Assembly (NCBI RefSeq): GCF_036387595.1
Contig: NZ_DASVTL010000117.1
Location: 18,573 to 82,572 of the forward strand
Direction: 5' to 3'
DNA from: Sphingomonas sp.
Lineage (GTDB): Bacteria > Pseudomonadota > Alphaproteobacteria > Sphingomonadales > Sphingomonadaceae
Length of the DNA: 64,000 nt
The notes under the pieces were generated by a model. It was not told where the DNA came from. It saw only the letters and a program-made list of their open reading frames with translations, and searched no databases. Within the stretch, counting starts at the first letter, position 1, and each line of letters begins with the position of its first letter. The position numbers were made by a program, and so were the translations under genes. Shown here in pieces: positions 35,057-44,243 of this stretch.

Positions 35057-35988
35057 CGGATGGCGGCCAGCGCCAGTATCCCGGCTGCCAGCAGGATTGC
35101 CCGCACCGCTACGGCCAGCGCTCTGCCGATCGCTGCCGCTTCTGGATCGACGCCCGCAAGGTTGAGCCAGGGTTCGTCCGCCATACGCGCGGCGTAATGC
35201 CGCGGTCCCGACAGGCGGATGCCGAGCGCCCCCGCCATCGCGGCCTCCGGCCAGCCCGCGTTGGGCGAGCGATGCCGCCGCGCATCGCGCCACGCGGTCT
35301 TGGCGGCGGTCCACGACCAGCCGGCCACCGCGATCAGCCCCGCCGTCAGTCGTGCGGGCACCAGGTTGGCGACATCATCCAGCCGCGCTGCGAAGCCGCC
35401 AAAGGTTTCGTGCCGCGCTGTCCGGTGTCCGATCATCGAGTCGAGCGTGTTGATCGCCTTGTACGCCGCAAGTCCGGGCAGACCGGCGACGGCACCCCAG
35501 AACAACGGGGCGATGACACCGTCCGAAAGGTTTTCGGCGAGGCTCTCGATCGCGGCGCGTGCCACGCCCGCCTCATCGAGCCGGGTCACGTCGCGCCCGA
35601 CGATCCGGGCCACCGTTGTTCGCGCCGCAGCTAGGCCGTCGGTCGCAAGCGATCGGCGCACCGCATCGACATGCTCGTACAGGCTGCGTGCCGCGACGAG
35701 CGTGGCGGCGGAGACGACTTGCAGCACGACGCCCACCGGACCCGGCACCGCCGAGATCGCCATTGCTACGGCGATGGCGACGCAAAGAACACTCACGGTC
35801 GCGGCCATTCCCAGCAAATAACGTGGTGCCGATCCGAAATCGGAGCGGTTCCATGCGTGATCGAGCCGGTGGATCAGCGCACCCAGCCACGTCACCGGAT
35901 GGCCGATCCGGCTGTGGATCGCGTCGGGCCAGCCGATCGCCGCCTCCAGCACCAGTGCCGCCAGCATCGTCGCGGCATGCGAAGTCAC
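35053..35988 (-). CDS. cbiB: Adenosylcobinamide-phosphate synthase
   Basis: GTG start overlaps the cobQ stop. LVLEAAIGWPDAIHSRIGHPVTWLGALI and the membrane helices are typical CbiB. Confidence 0.9.
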   Translation of the reverse strand: MTSHAATMLAALVLEAAIGWPDAIHSRIGHPVTWLGALIHRLDHAWNRSDFGSAPRYLLGMAATVSVLCVAIAVAMAISAVPGPVGVVLQVVSAATLVAARSLYEHVDAVRRSLATDGLAAARTTVARIVGRDVTRLDEAGVARAAIESLAENLSDGVIAPLFWGAVAGLPGLAAYKAINTLDSMIGHRTARHETFGGFAARLDDVANLVPARLTAGLIAVAGWSWTAAKTAWRDARRHRSPNAGWPEAAMAGALGIRLSGPRHYAARMADEPWLNLAGVDPEAAAIGRALAVAVRAILLAAGILALAAIR

Positions 35989-37451
35989 CCACCGATCCAG
36001 CCGGGTGCGCGCGCGGCGGCGATCACCGCATCGACGTCCAGCGCGGCCTCGATCCCGTCGGCAAGTTCGTCTAGCGCCGCATCGACGGCACCGTCATAGG
36101 CGAGCGGCGAGGTCGGAACGCCGAGGCGCTGGAGCCATGAGCGGCGGAATGTGTCGTCGGCGAACAGCCCGTGGACGTAGGTGCCCTCGACCAGGCCATC
36201 GACGGCGCCGTCGGGGCCATCGTCCAGCATCAGCATCGGCCGGGCCAGCGCGTCCCCCGTCGTGCGGCCCGAATGGATCTCATACCCCCTGACAGGCGCA
36301 TCCGTTCTGGCGCAGCGGCCGGCGACGACGCGAACGTGCTTGTCGGCGAGCATCTGCGTGTCCATCGCGAGCAGCCCCAGTCCGGAGGCGTCGCCCGCTG
36401 GTCCTTCGATCCCCAGCGGATCGCGCACTGTGCGGCCGAGCATCTGGAACCCGCCGCATATACCCAGCACACGCCCCCCGGTGCGCGCATGCGCCAGGAT
36501 GTCGTGATCCCATCCCTGGGTGCGCAGAAAGCGCAGATCTTCGATCGTCGCCTTGGTTCCGAAAAGGATCACCGCGTCCGCATCGCGCGGGATCGGCTTG
36601 CCCGGCGGAATGAAGGCGAAATCCACCCCCGGCTCCATCCGCAGCGGATCGGCGTCATCGAAATTGGCGAGCCGCGACATCATCGGCGCGACGATCCTCA
36701 ACCCGGCCGTGCGCGAAGCGGCGGGTCGATCGAGCGCGACCGCATCTTCGGCGGGGAGACGTGCGGCGGCGGCGAGCCAGGGGATCACGCCGAAGCTGCG
36801 CCACCCCGTCGCGCGCTCGATGGCCACAAGGCCGTCGTCGAACAGCGCAAGGTCGCCCCGGAATTTGTTGATCGCGAAGCCGACGATCATCACGGAATCG
36901 GCGGCGTCGATCACGGCATGCGTGCCGACCAGCGCGGCGATGACCCCGCCGCGGTCGATGTCGCCGACCAGCAGCACGGGCACGCCGGCTGCGCGTGCGA
37001 ACCCCATGTTGGCGATGTCGCGCGTGCGAAGGTTCACCTCGGCCGGGCTGCCGGCACCCTCGACGATCACCAGGTCGTGCGCATCGGTGAGGCGCGCGAA
37101 GCTGTCGAGAACGGCGGGGAGCAGGCGGTGCCGCCCCGCCATATAGGCGGCCGCATCCTCCGACCCGATCGCCCGGCCGTGGACGATCACCTGCGCGCGG
37201 CGGTCGCTCTGCGGCTTGAGCAGCACCGGGTTCATGTCGACATGGGGTGCAACCCCCGCGGCGCGCGCCTGCAGCGCCTGCGCCCGGCCGATCTCGCCCC
37301 AAGACCCATCGGCGTTTGCGCAGGCCGCCGCGTTGTTGGACATGTTCTGCGGCTTGAAGGGTGCGACCGACAGGCCGCGGCGCCTGGCGATCCGGCACAA
37401 TCCGGCGACGATCAGCGACTTGCCGACATCCGAGCCGGTGCCCTGGATCAT
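35985..37451 (-). CDS. cobQ: Cobyric acid synthase
   Basis: Within ORF 35985..37598, ATG at 37451 gives MIQGTGSDVGKSLIVAGLCRIARRRGLSVAPFKPQNMSNNAA. The glutamine amidotransferase C-domain contains GICGGFQMLG. Confidence 0.95.
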   Translation of the reverse strand: MIQGTGSDVGKSLIVAGLCRIARRRGLSVAPFKPQNMSNNAAACANADGSWGEIGRAQALQARAAGVAPHVDMNPVLLKPQSDRRAQVIVHGRAIGSEDAAAYMAGRHRLLPAVLDSFARLTDAHDLVIVEGAGSPAEVNLRTRDIANMGFARAAGVPVLLVGDIDRGGVIAALVGTHAVIDAADSVMIVGFAINKFRGDLALFDDGLVAIERATGWRSFGVIPWLAAAARLPAEDAVALDRPAASRTAGLRIVAPMMSRLANFDDADPLRMEPGVDFAFIPPGKPIPRDADAVILFGTKATIEDLRFLRTQGWDHDILAHARTGGRVLGICGGFQMLGRTVRDPLGIEGPAGDASGLGLLAMDTQMLADKHVRVVAGRCARTDAPVRGYEIHSGRTTGDALARPMLMLDDGPDGAVDGLVEGTYVHGLFADDTFRRSWLQRLGVPTSPLAYDGAVDAALDELADGIEAALDVDAVIAAARAPGWIGG

Positions 37452-37465
37452 GATGGCGCGGGCGA

Positions 37466-38227
37466 TCAGACCGCTCCGTCGATCAGCACGCGACCATTTT
37501 CGACGCGTGCGGCCACGCCATAGACGGCGGCGATCCGTTCGGGCGTCAGCGTAGCGGCGGCCGGGCCGTCGGCGACGATCGCGCCGCCCGCCATCCACAC
37601 CAGCCGATCGGCGTAACGCGCGGCGAGATCGAGATCGTGGAGGACCACGACCGCACCGCCGCCGGAATCGACATGGCCGCGCAGCAGGCGCAGCACGCGG
37701 TGCTGGGCGCGTGGATCGAGCGAGGCGACAGGCTCGTCCGCGACGATCATCGCAGCCTCCGCCGCGAGCGCACGGGCGCAGTGGACGCGGGCCAGTTCGC
37801 CGCCTGACAGCGTATCGGTGGCGCGACCGGCCAGCGGCGCGAGGTCGCAGGCCGCGATCGCGCGGTCGACGGCGTCCGCATCGGCTGCTCCCAACCGTCC
37901 GGGTGCCGCCCCGTGCGCGAAGCGGCCGAGCGCGACCACATCGCGCACCGATTGCGGCCAGGCGAGCGGGCGTGCCTGGGGCAGATAGGCGCAGGCGCGT
38001 GCGCGCGCGGCGGGGGACAGCTGCGCGGCCGTCTTGCCGTCGATCGTCGCGGACCCCTCGCCGGGCGAGAGCAGCCCGAGCGCGACGCGCAGCAACGTGG
38101 TCTTGCCCGCGCCATTGGGGCCGAGCAGCACGGTCAGCGCGCCGGGGGCGAAGGCCAGGGTGGCGGGGCGTAGGATGACTGTCCCCTTCACGCCATGCGT
38201 TGCGCCATCCAGGCGGAGTTCGGTCAT
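37466..38227 (-). CDS. btuD: ABC transporter ATP-binding protein (FecE/BtuD type)
   Basis: Walker A (GPNGAGKTTLLR), signature (LSGGELARV) and Walker B (MIVADEP). It sits in the riboswitch-led btuB operon. Confidence 0.8.
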   Translation of the reverse strand: MTELRLDGATHGVKGTVILRPATLAFAPGALTVLLGPNGAGKTTLLRVALGLLSPGEGSATIDGKTAAQLSPAARARACAYLPQARPLAWPQSVRDVVALGRFAHGAAPGRLGAADADAVDRAIAACDLAPLAGRATDTLSGGELARVHCARALAAEAAMIVADEPVASLDPRAQHRVLRLLRGHVDSGGGAVVVLHDLDLAARYADRLVWMAGGAIVADGPAAATLTPERIAAVYGVAARVENGRVLIDGAV

Positions 38228-39210
38228 GCGCCCGTCCTCCGCCGCGCCGCGATCAGCACGAACAGCGGCGCGCCGACCAGTGCGGCGACAACGCCCAGCT
38301 TCAATTCGCTGTCGGTCGGCAACACGCGCACGCCGATGTCGGCCACCACCAGGAACAGCCCGGCGAGCAGGGCGGAGGGAAGGAGGCTACGCGCCGGATC
38401 GTGCCCGACCCGCGCGCGCACCAGATGCGGCGCGACGATGCCGACGAAGCCGATCGTTCCCGCCATCGACACCGCGCCGCCTGTCGCCAGCCCGGCGCCG
38501 AGCACCACCGCGAGGCGCTGACGCGACAGGTTCAGCCCGATCCCGCTCGCTGCCTCCTCCCCCAGCGTCAGGGCGGACAGCCCGCGCCGGGTCGCGAAGA
38601 GAAGGGTCAGGCCCGCGATGATGAACGGCGCGGCAAAGGCGATGTCGGCAAAGCTGCGGTTCGCGACCGATCCCATCATCCAATTGACCATGTCGGCCAG
38701 GCTGAACGGATTCGGCGCCAGGTTCATCAGCAAGGCCATCAGTGCCCCCGCGAAGCTCGACAGTCCGACGCCGACCAGGACCAGCGTCACCACCGACCGG
38801 GTTCTCGGCGCGACCGCCGCGATCAGCGCGGTCGCCGCAAGCGCGCCGCCGACCGCGGCCAGCGGCAACGCCCAGGGAAATGCCTCCGCCAATCCCCAGT
38901 AGAGCACGACAGTCGCGACGAGGGCGGCCGAGGCGGATACGCCGAGCACGCCCGGTTCGGCGAGCGGGTTGCGCAGCAGGCCCTGCAGCGCCGCGCCGCT
39001 GGCGCCGAGCGCCGCGCCGACCACGAACGCGGCGAGCGCGCGTGGCAGGCGGATGGCCCAGACGACTACCGCGTCACCCGGCTCTCCGCCGCCGACAAGC
39101 GCCGCGAGCAGCCGTCCGGCTGGCAAGGGTGTCGACCCGAGTAGGCACGCGGCCACGATCGCGAGCAGCGCCGCTATACCGAGCGCGACCGAAAGCGCAC
39201 GGCCGTTCAT
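38224..39210 (-). CDS. btuC: FecCD-family ABC permease (BtuC type)
   Basis: Within ORF 38224..39996, ATG at 39210 gives MNGRALSVALGIAALLAIV...IRLPRALAAFVVGAALGASGAALQGLLRNPLAEPGVLGVS. ATGA overlaps occur on both sides. Confidence 0.85.
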   Translation of the reverse strand: MNGRALSVALGIAALLAIVAACLLGSTPLPAGRLLAALVGGGEPGDAVVVWAIRLPRALAAFVVGAALGASGAALQGLLRNPLAEPGVLGVSASAALVATVVLYWGLAEAFPWALPLAAVGGALAATALIAAVAPRTRSVVTLVLVGVGLSSFAGALMALLMNLAPNPFSLADMVNWMMGSVANRSFADIAFAAPFIIAGLTLLFATRRGLSALTLGEEAASGIGLNLSRQRLAVVLGAGLATGGAVSMAGTIGFVGIVAPHLVRARVGHDPARSLLPSALLAGLFLVVADIGVRVLPTDSELKLGVVAALVGAPLFVLIAARRRTGA

Positions 39211-40034
39211 CGCCTTGCTCCTGCGTTCGCCAGCGCCTCGATCGCGTCGAGCAGGAACCAGCCGCCGCACGCGGTCCATGCCCCCTCGATCCCGACCACC
39301 GGCCGGTCGCGGAGCTGCGCGCGCGCGATCGGGTGGCGCGCGGCGCTCCACCGATCGGGATGGTTGGTCCTGGAGCCGAAGAAGGCCGCGGCCACCACGT
39401 CCGGGCCGCCATAGGCCAGCCGTTCGAGCGGCAGCGGCTGCCATCCAGAGTCGCGCTGAAAATTGCGATAGCCCGCGGTTCGCAGCATCTCGTCCACCAG
39501 CGTACCCGCGCCGGTCGTCACCCCGCCCGGCGTCATGTAGAGCGCGGTCTGCTTCATCGGCCTGCGCCGGAGCGCGGCGAGACGGGCGTCCATCTGCACC
39601 GCGACGCGCTCTCCCGCCACCGGTTCGCCCAGCCCCTCGGCCACGTCGACCAGGGTCTGCCGGACACCGGCGATGTCCGACGCATAGCCGATCTGGAGCA
39701 CCGGCACCCCGGCCTTCTCGAGGAACGCGGCCACGCCGGGGCCGCCGCCATAGGAGCGGATGACGAGATCGGGGCGGAGCACCAGCACGTCCTCCGCCCG
39801 CGGCGCGACGCTCGCGACGCCGCGGGCCGCTTTGCGCATGTACGAGAAGTCGCTTTGCGCATCCGGCGACAGCGCCAGGATGCGATCGCGCGCGACCAGT
39901 TTCAGCGCATATTGGTCGGCGCAATAATCCAGGCTGACGATCCGCATTGGCCGCACCGGCAGCTGGGGCAGCGACGGGGCGGGGGCCTGTGCGCACCCGG
40001 CCAGCGCCAATGGGACGGCCAGCGCGCGGATCAT
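39207..40034 (-). CDS. btuF: Periplasmic substrate-binding protein (BtuF/FecB cluster A type), lipoprotein
   Basis: The lipobox is LALAGC. RIVSLDYCADQYALKL is typical of class III binding proteins. The start overlaps the btuB stop. Confidence 0.75.
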   Translation of the reverse strand: MIRALAVPLALAGCAQAPAPSLPQLPVRPMRIVSLDYCADQYALKLVARDRILALSPDAQSDFSYMRKAARGVASVAPRAEDVLVLRPDLVIRSYGGGPGVAAFLEKAGVPVLQIGYASDIAGVRQTLVDVAEGLGEPVAGERVAVQMDARLAALRRRPMKQTALYMTPGGVTTGAGTLVDEMLRTAGYRNFQRDSGWQPLPLERLAYGGPDVVAAAFFGSRTNHPDRWSAARHPIARAQLRDRPVVGIEGAWTACGGWFLLDAIEALANAGARR

Positions 40035-41953
40035 ATCTTCAGCCGCACGCCGGCATAAGCGGCACGCCCCAGCGTGCCGTAGCCCAGGATCGTCTCATAC
40101 TTCTCGTCGAACAGATTCTCGATCCGCCCGAAGAGTTCGATTCCCTGCCCGATCGGGTAGGCCGCGCGGATGTCGGCCAGGACATATCCGTCGAGGCGGC
40201 TGGTGTTGGCGGCATTGTCGAAGCTGTCCCCGACATGCGCCAGCGTGGCGCCCGCCTGAAGCCCGAAATCAAAGGCATAATCGGCGATTACGCTGACGGT
40301 CTGGCGTGGTCGCCGGGCGAGTTGGAGCCGGTTGAGCCGGTTCCGTGCGTCGATGAAGCTGTATTGGCCCCGAAGCGTGAAGCGGTCGATCGGACGCAAG
40401 GTCGCGCTGAGTTCGACGCCTTGCGCGCGGGTTAGGCGGATGTTGTCGTAGGTGCCCGAAGGCCGGCCGACGCAGATCGCAGCGGGGTTGCGGGTGCAGG
40501 AAATGAAGTCGATCTGATTTTCGGTATTGCGGTGGAAATAGGTCGCCGCCAGGTCCACTCGGCCGCCGAACCGCTGGCCGATCCCAACCTCCCAGCTCTC
40601 CGATCGTTCGGGGGCGAGCGTGGTGTTGCCGAAGTTGCTGTAGAGCTGGAACAGCGACGGCGCCTTGAAGCCTTCGCCGTAGGCCGCGCGCAGGCGGGTC
40701 GCGCCGCCGTTGGGGCTGTACACGCCCGAGGCCGCGAAGGTCGTCGCATCGCCGAAGGTCTGATGGTCGTCGTGACGGACTCCGCCGGTCAGGACCCCGC
40801 CGGCGAACGGCTTGACGCTCGCCTCCCCGTAGACGCTGCTGATCCGCACGTCGGCGCCGGCCGGCGCCCCGCCGAAGCTGGCGGACACGTAGCGCGAGGT
40901 TTCCGTCTCCGCACCGAACGTCGCATCGACGGGATCGAGATCGACGACGCCCTGATATTCGAAGCGCTCGTTTTCGCCCTGCGCGTCGAAGGTCGTGCGG
41001 ATCGCGCCATCGGGGTCGATGTTGGTCCGCTCCGTCCGGGTATAGGCGAAGGCGAAACGGTTGCGGAACCGGCCGCCCAGCAACGTCGCGTTGACGCCGC
41101 CATAGCCGACCAGTTCGCGCGTCTTTCCCCCCTCGCGCGTGTCGGCGAAGGCGAAGGCCGGGGCGGGGAAGCCGTCGACATCGGCCTCGCCGTCCGAATA
41201 GAAGCCGCGCAGGTCGATCGAGACGGTGTCGGTAAGGTCGATCAGCGCGCGCGCGTTCACCCCGAAATTGTCGAACCCGTCGCGCTCGCGCCCGCCGCTT
41301 TTTTCGTCGAGGGCTGAGATGCCGTCGGTGCGGAAATAGCCCGCGCCCGCGCTTGCCGCGACCGGGCCGACGCGCGCCGAGACGTTGCCGAACGCCTGAT
41401 ACGTATCGCGCCACCCGCCTTCCGCGCGCGCATTGATGCGCAGGGCGTCGGTGGGCGCGGCGGTGAGCAGGTTGACGACGCCGCCGATCGCCTGGCTGCC
41501 CCAGATCACGGATTGCGACCCGCGAACGACCTCGATCCGTTCGATGTTGCCGACCAGGAGGTTCCCGAAATTATACCCGCTGCCGGTCGAGGACGGATCG
41601 TTGAGCTTCACCCCGTCAATCAGGACGACGTTCTGGTCGCTGTCGGCGCCGCGGATGTTGACGCCGGTGGCGGTGCCCGGGCCGCCGTTGCGGGTGAAGG
41701 TGACGCCGGGCACGGTGCGGAGCAGATCGACCACAGTCTGCGACTGACGGCGGCGTATCTCGTCGGCAGCGATGACGGTGACCGATTGCGCGACCTCGTC
41801 TGCGGGCCGTGCGGTACGGTTGGCGGTCACGATGACATCGCCGGCAGCCCCGGCGGCCGAATCGAGATCGCGGCCGGTCTGGGCGGAGGCGGGGGCCGCG
41901 ATGGCGATCGCCAGCGCGCCGGCGCTGGCAGGTAGAATGGAGAAGCGGAACAT
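40031..41953 (-). CDS. btuB: TonB-dependent corrinoid receptor
   Basis: Signal peptide MFRFSILPASAGALAIAIAAPASAQ, DVIVTANR as the TonB box, and plug motif IEVVRGSQSVIWGSQAIGGVVNL. About 640 aa. A cobalamin riboswitch lies immediately upstream. Confidence 0.9.
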   Translation of the reverse strand: MFRFSILPASAGALAIAIAAPASAQTGRDLDSAAGAAGDVIVTANRTARPADEVAQSVTVIAADEIRRRQSQTVVDLLRTVPGVTFTRNGGPGTATGVNIRGADSDQNVVLIDGVKLNDPSSTGSGYNFGNLLVGNIERIEVVRGSQSVIWGSQAIGGVVNLLTAAPTDALRINARAEGGWRDTYQAFGNVSARVGPVAASAGAGYFRTDGISALDEKSGGRERDGFDNFGVNARALIDLTDTVSIDLRGFYSDGEADVDGFPAPAFAFADTREGGKTRELVGYGGVNATLLGGRFRNRFAFAYTRTERTNIDPDGAIRTTFDAQGENERFEYQGVVDLDPVDATFGAETETSRYVSASFGGAPAGADVRISSVYGEASVKPFAGGVLTGGVRHDDHQTFGDATTFAASGVYSPNGGATRLRAAYGEGFKAPSLFQLYSNFGNTTLAPERSESWEVGIGQRFGGRVDLAATYFHRNTENQIDFISCTRNPAAICVGRPSGTYDNIRLTRAQGVELSATLRPIDRFTLRGQYSFIDARNRLNRLQLARRPRQTVSVIADYAFDFGLQAGATLAHVGDSFDNAANTSRLDGYVLADIRAAYPIGQGIELFGRIENLFDEKYETILGYGTLGRAAYAGVRLKI

Positions 41954-42059
41954 GGGGACGGTCCTTCACGCGTCGCCGCCGCCGAGCGGAAACGCGAACA
42001 TACGACAGGAATGGCCCGCCCGCTAAAAGCGGACGCGACGACGGCCGAACTGTCGTTAC

Positions 42060-42290
42060 GAAAGGAGCATGCTCCCCATCCCCATTGGCTGGACCCGGCC
42101 CGGGACGAACGACGCGACGGCAGGTCTCCTGACTCGCCGATCAGCGCCTCGGGCCGTCTTCCCGGAGGGTTAGCTCCAGTGACATGGTGGCCGTCGACTC
42201 CTGGCTCACAGTTGCGGGCACAGTCCCGGTATCGCACCGGGTTCCCTCTTCGCCTCCGCGTTGCCGCGGCGGAACCGTCTGTCGCGCGCC
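42060..42290 (-). promoter_or_regulatory. Cobalamin (AdoCbl) riboswitch, aptamer plus putative expression platform
   Basis: The minus strand reads GGTTCC...GAAGAGGGAACCCGGTGCGATACCGGGACTGTGCCCGCAACTGTGAGCCAGGAGTC...CACTGG...GGGAAGACGGCC...GAGTCAGGAGACCTGCCGTC (B12 box, 42116-42135). A palindromic hairpin GGAGCATGCTCC + TTTCG (42064-42075) follows. Confidence 0.85.
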
Positions 42291-42349
42291 ATCGCCGCCA
42301 CCGCAGCTGTTGTCAACGGCGGCGGTTCGCCCGGGGTGCCCGTGCCCCC

Positions 42350-42952
42350 TCAGAAGTCGATGCCCTTCTGCGCCTTGATCCCGGCCTGGAACGGATGCTT
42401 CACCTCGACCATGTCGCTGACCAGATCGGCATAGGCGATCAGTTCGGCCTTGGCGTCGCGCCCGGTGAGGATGACGCTGGTGCGCGCCGATCGCGCGGCC
42501 AACCCCGCGATCACGGCTTCAACGCCGAGATAGTCGTAACGCAGCGCGATGTTGATCTCGTCCAGCACCACGAGATCGAACGCGCCCGACGCCATCATCT
42601 CTGCGCCCTTGGCGAACGCGACGCGGGCGGCGGCGATGTCGCGGTCGCGGTCCTGGGTGTCCCAGGTGAAGCCCTCGCCCATCGTCGCCCAAGTCACTTC
42701 GTCTGGGAAGCGATCGAAGAACCGGCGCTCGCCCGTCACCCATTTGCCCTTGATGAACTGCACCACGCCGACACGCTGTCCCCAGCCGAGCGCGCGGATG
42801 ATGACGCCGAAGGCGGAGGACGACTTGCCCTTGCCGTTGCCGGTGTGGACGAGGACCAGGCCGCGCGCCGCGTCCGCCGATGCCTTGCGCTTCGCGTCCT
42901 GCTCCGCTTTCAGCGCCTGCATCCGCGTCTTGTGGTCGTCGGCTTCGTCCAT
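42350..42952 (-). CDS. cobO: Cob(I)yrinic acid a,c-diamide adenosyltransferase
   Basis: GLVLVHTGNGKGKSSSAFGVIIRALGWGQRVGVVQFIKGKW and VVLDEINIALRYDYL are classical CobO/BtuR motifs. Confidence 0.9.
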   Translation of the reverse strand: MDEADDHKTRMQALKAEQDAKRKASADAARGLVLVHTGNGKGKSSSAFGVIIRALGWGQRVGVVQFIKGKWVTGERRFFDRFPDEVTWATMGEGFTWDTQDRDRDIAAARVAFAKGAEMMASGAFDLVVLDEINIALRYDYLGVEAVIAGLAARSARTSVILTGRDAKAELIAYADLVSDMVEVKHPFQAGIKAQKGIDF

Positions 42953-42962
42953 GTATCAATCC

Positions 42963-43475
42963 TCAGATGGCGATCCACCCGCCATAGGCCAGCGTGAAGC
43001 GCCACGCATCATCGCGCTCGGCGGCGGCGCGCGCGGCGCGGACCACCCCCTGATGTGTCACCATCAGCGTGGACCCGGGCGCCGCGCGGGCATCGGCCAG
43101 CGCGCCCGCGACCCGCGCGGCGAAGGTCGCGATGGACTCCCCGCCGTGCGGCCGTGCATCGTGGAAGTCCGCGGCCCAGGCGTCGATCTCCGGGCGGGGT
43201 ATATCGTCCCAGCGCAGCCCCTCCCATGCGCCGAAATCCATCTCGGCAAGCCGGGCGTCGATCGTCACCGGCTTGTCCGTTGCGGCGACGATCACGTCGG
43301 CGAGGCGGCGACATCGCCGCAGCGGACTGGTGATGAGACGATCGAACGCGGGCAGATCGGGCAGCAGCGCGGCGGCTTCCTGCGCGAAGGTGTCGGCGCA
43401 ATCGAGGTCGCTCGCACCATAGCAGACGCCGGCGGCGACCGCGGGTCGGGTGTGGCGCAGCAGGATCAGGCGCAC
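42963..43475 (-). CDS. cobC: Alpha-ribazole phosphatase (histidine phosphatase family; Salmonella nomenclature CobC)
   Basis: Within ORF 42963..43613, GTG at 43475 gives VRLILLRHTRP (RHG-type motif). SPLRRCRRLA is present. The gene sits between cobS and cobO. Confidence 0.8.
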   Translation of the reverse strand: MRLILLRHTRPAVAAGVCYGASDLDCADTFAQEAAALLPDLPAFDRLITSPLRRCRRLADVIVAATDKPVTIDARLAEMDFGAWEGLRWDDIPRPEIDAWAADFHDARPHGGESIATFAARVAGALADARAAPGSTLMVTHQGVVRAARAAAERDDAWRFTLAYGGWIAI

Positions 43476-44233
43476 GCCAGCAGCCCGAGATACAGCCCCA
43501 CCTCGCTCAACTGCTGGACCGCGCCCAGGCAATCGCCCGTATAGCCGCCCAGCCGCCGTTCGAACACGGCGCGCCCCCCGAGATGCCCCAGCGCAAGCCC
43601 GCCCAATGCCCATGCGAGAACCGCGCCGCCGAGCATCCAGCCCAGTCCGCCTGCGAGCAGAGCGCCGGTGGCGAGCGCAAAGGTCAGGCTGCGCACGGAC
43701 AGTCCGCTGGCGGTGAACTTGCCGGTGCCTTCGTCGCGCGCATAGCGGGCGGTCGCGATCACCAGCACCGCCGACAGCCGGCTCAGTCCGTGCCCGGCGA
43801 CCAGCGCGACCGCCGCCGCCGCGATCGGCAAGGCGGCGAGGCTCGCGATCTTGAGCGCCAGCACGATGGCCAGGGCCAGGGTGCCATAGGTTCCGATCCG
43901 GCTGTCGCGCATGATCTCCAGCGTGCGAATACGATCCGCGCCGCCGCCGATGCCGTCGAATGTGTCGGCCAGCCCGTCCTCATGGAAAGCGCCGGTAAGC
44001 AGGAGGGTGGCGCCGGAGGACAACAGCATGGCGACGAGCGGCGTGAACGCCTGGTCCGTCACCAGCAGCACGGCCGCCGCGAACGCACCGACCAGCGCGC
44101 CCACCAGCGGGTAATGGCGCACCGCGGCGCGTAACCGCTCGGGTGTGTACGCGCCTGCGGGAACCGGCACGCGGGTCAGGAACTGCACGGCGACCGCGAA
44201 GGTCGCGGTTTCGTTTGCCAGCCGGCGCCTCAC
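43466..44233 (-). CDS. cobS: Adenosylcobinamide-GDP ribazoletransferase (cobalamin synthase)
   Basis: AVAVQFLTRVPVP...HYPLVGALVG...HEDGLADTFDGIGGG and the membrane helices are typical CobS. Confidence 0.9.
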   Translation of the reverse strand: MRRRLANETATFAVAVQFLTRVPVPAGAYTPERLRAAVRHYPLVGALVGAFAAAVLLVTDQAFTPLVAMLLSSGATLLLTGAFHEDGLADTFDGIGGGADRIRTLEIMRDSRIGTYGTLALAIVLALKIASLAALPIAAAAVALVAGHGLSRLSAVLVIATARYARDEGTGKFTASGLSVRSLTFALATGALLAGGLGWMLGGAVLAWALGGLALGHLGGRAVFERRLGGYTGDCLGAVQQLSEVGLYLGLLACA

Positions 44234-44243
44234 GCGGAACGGC

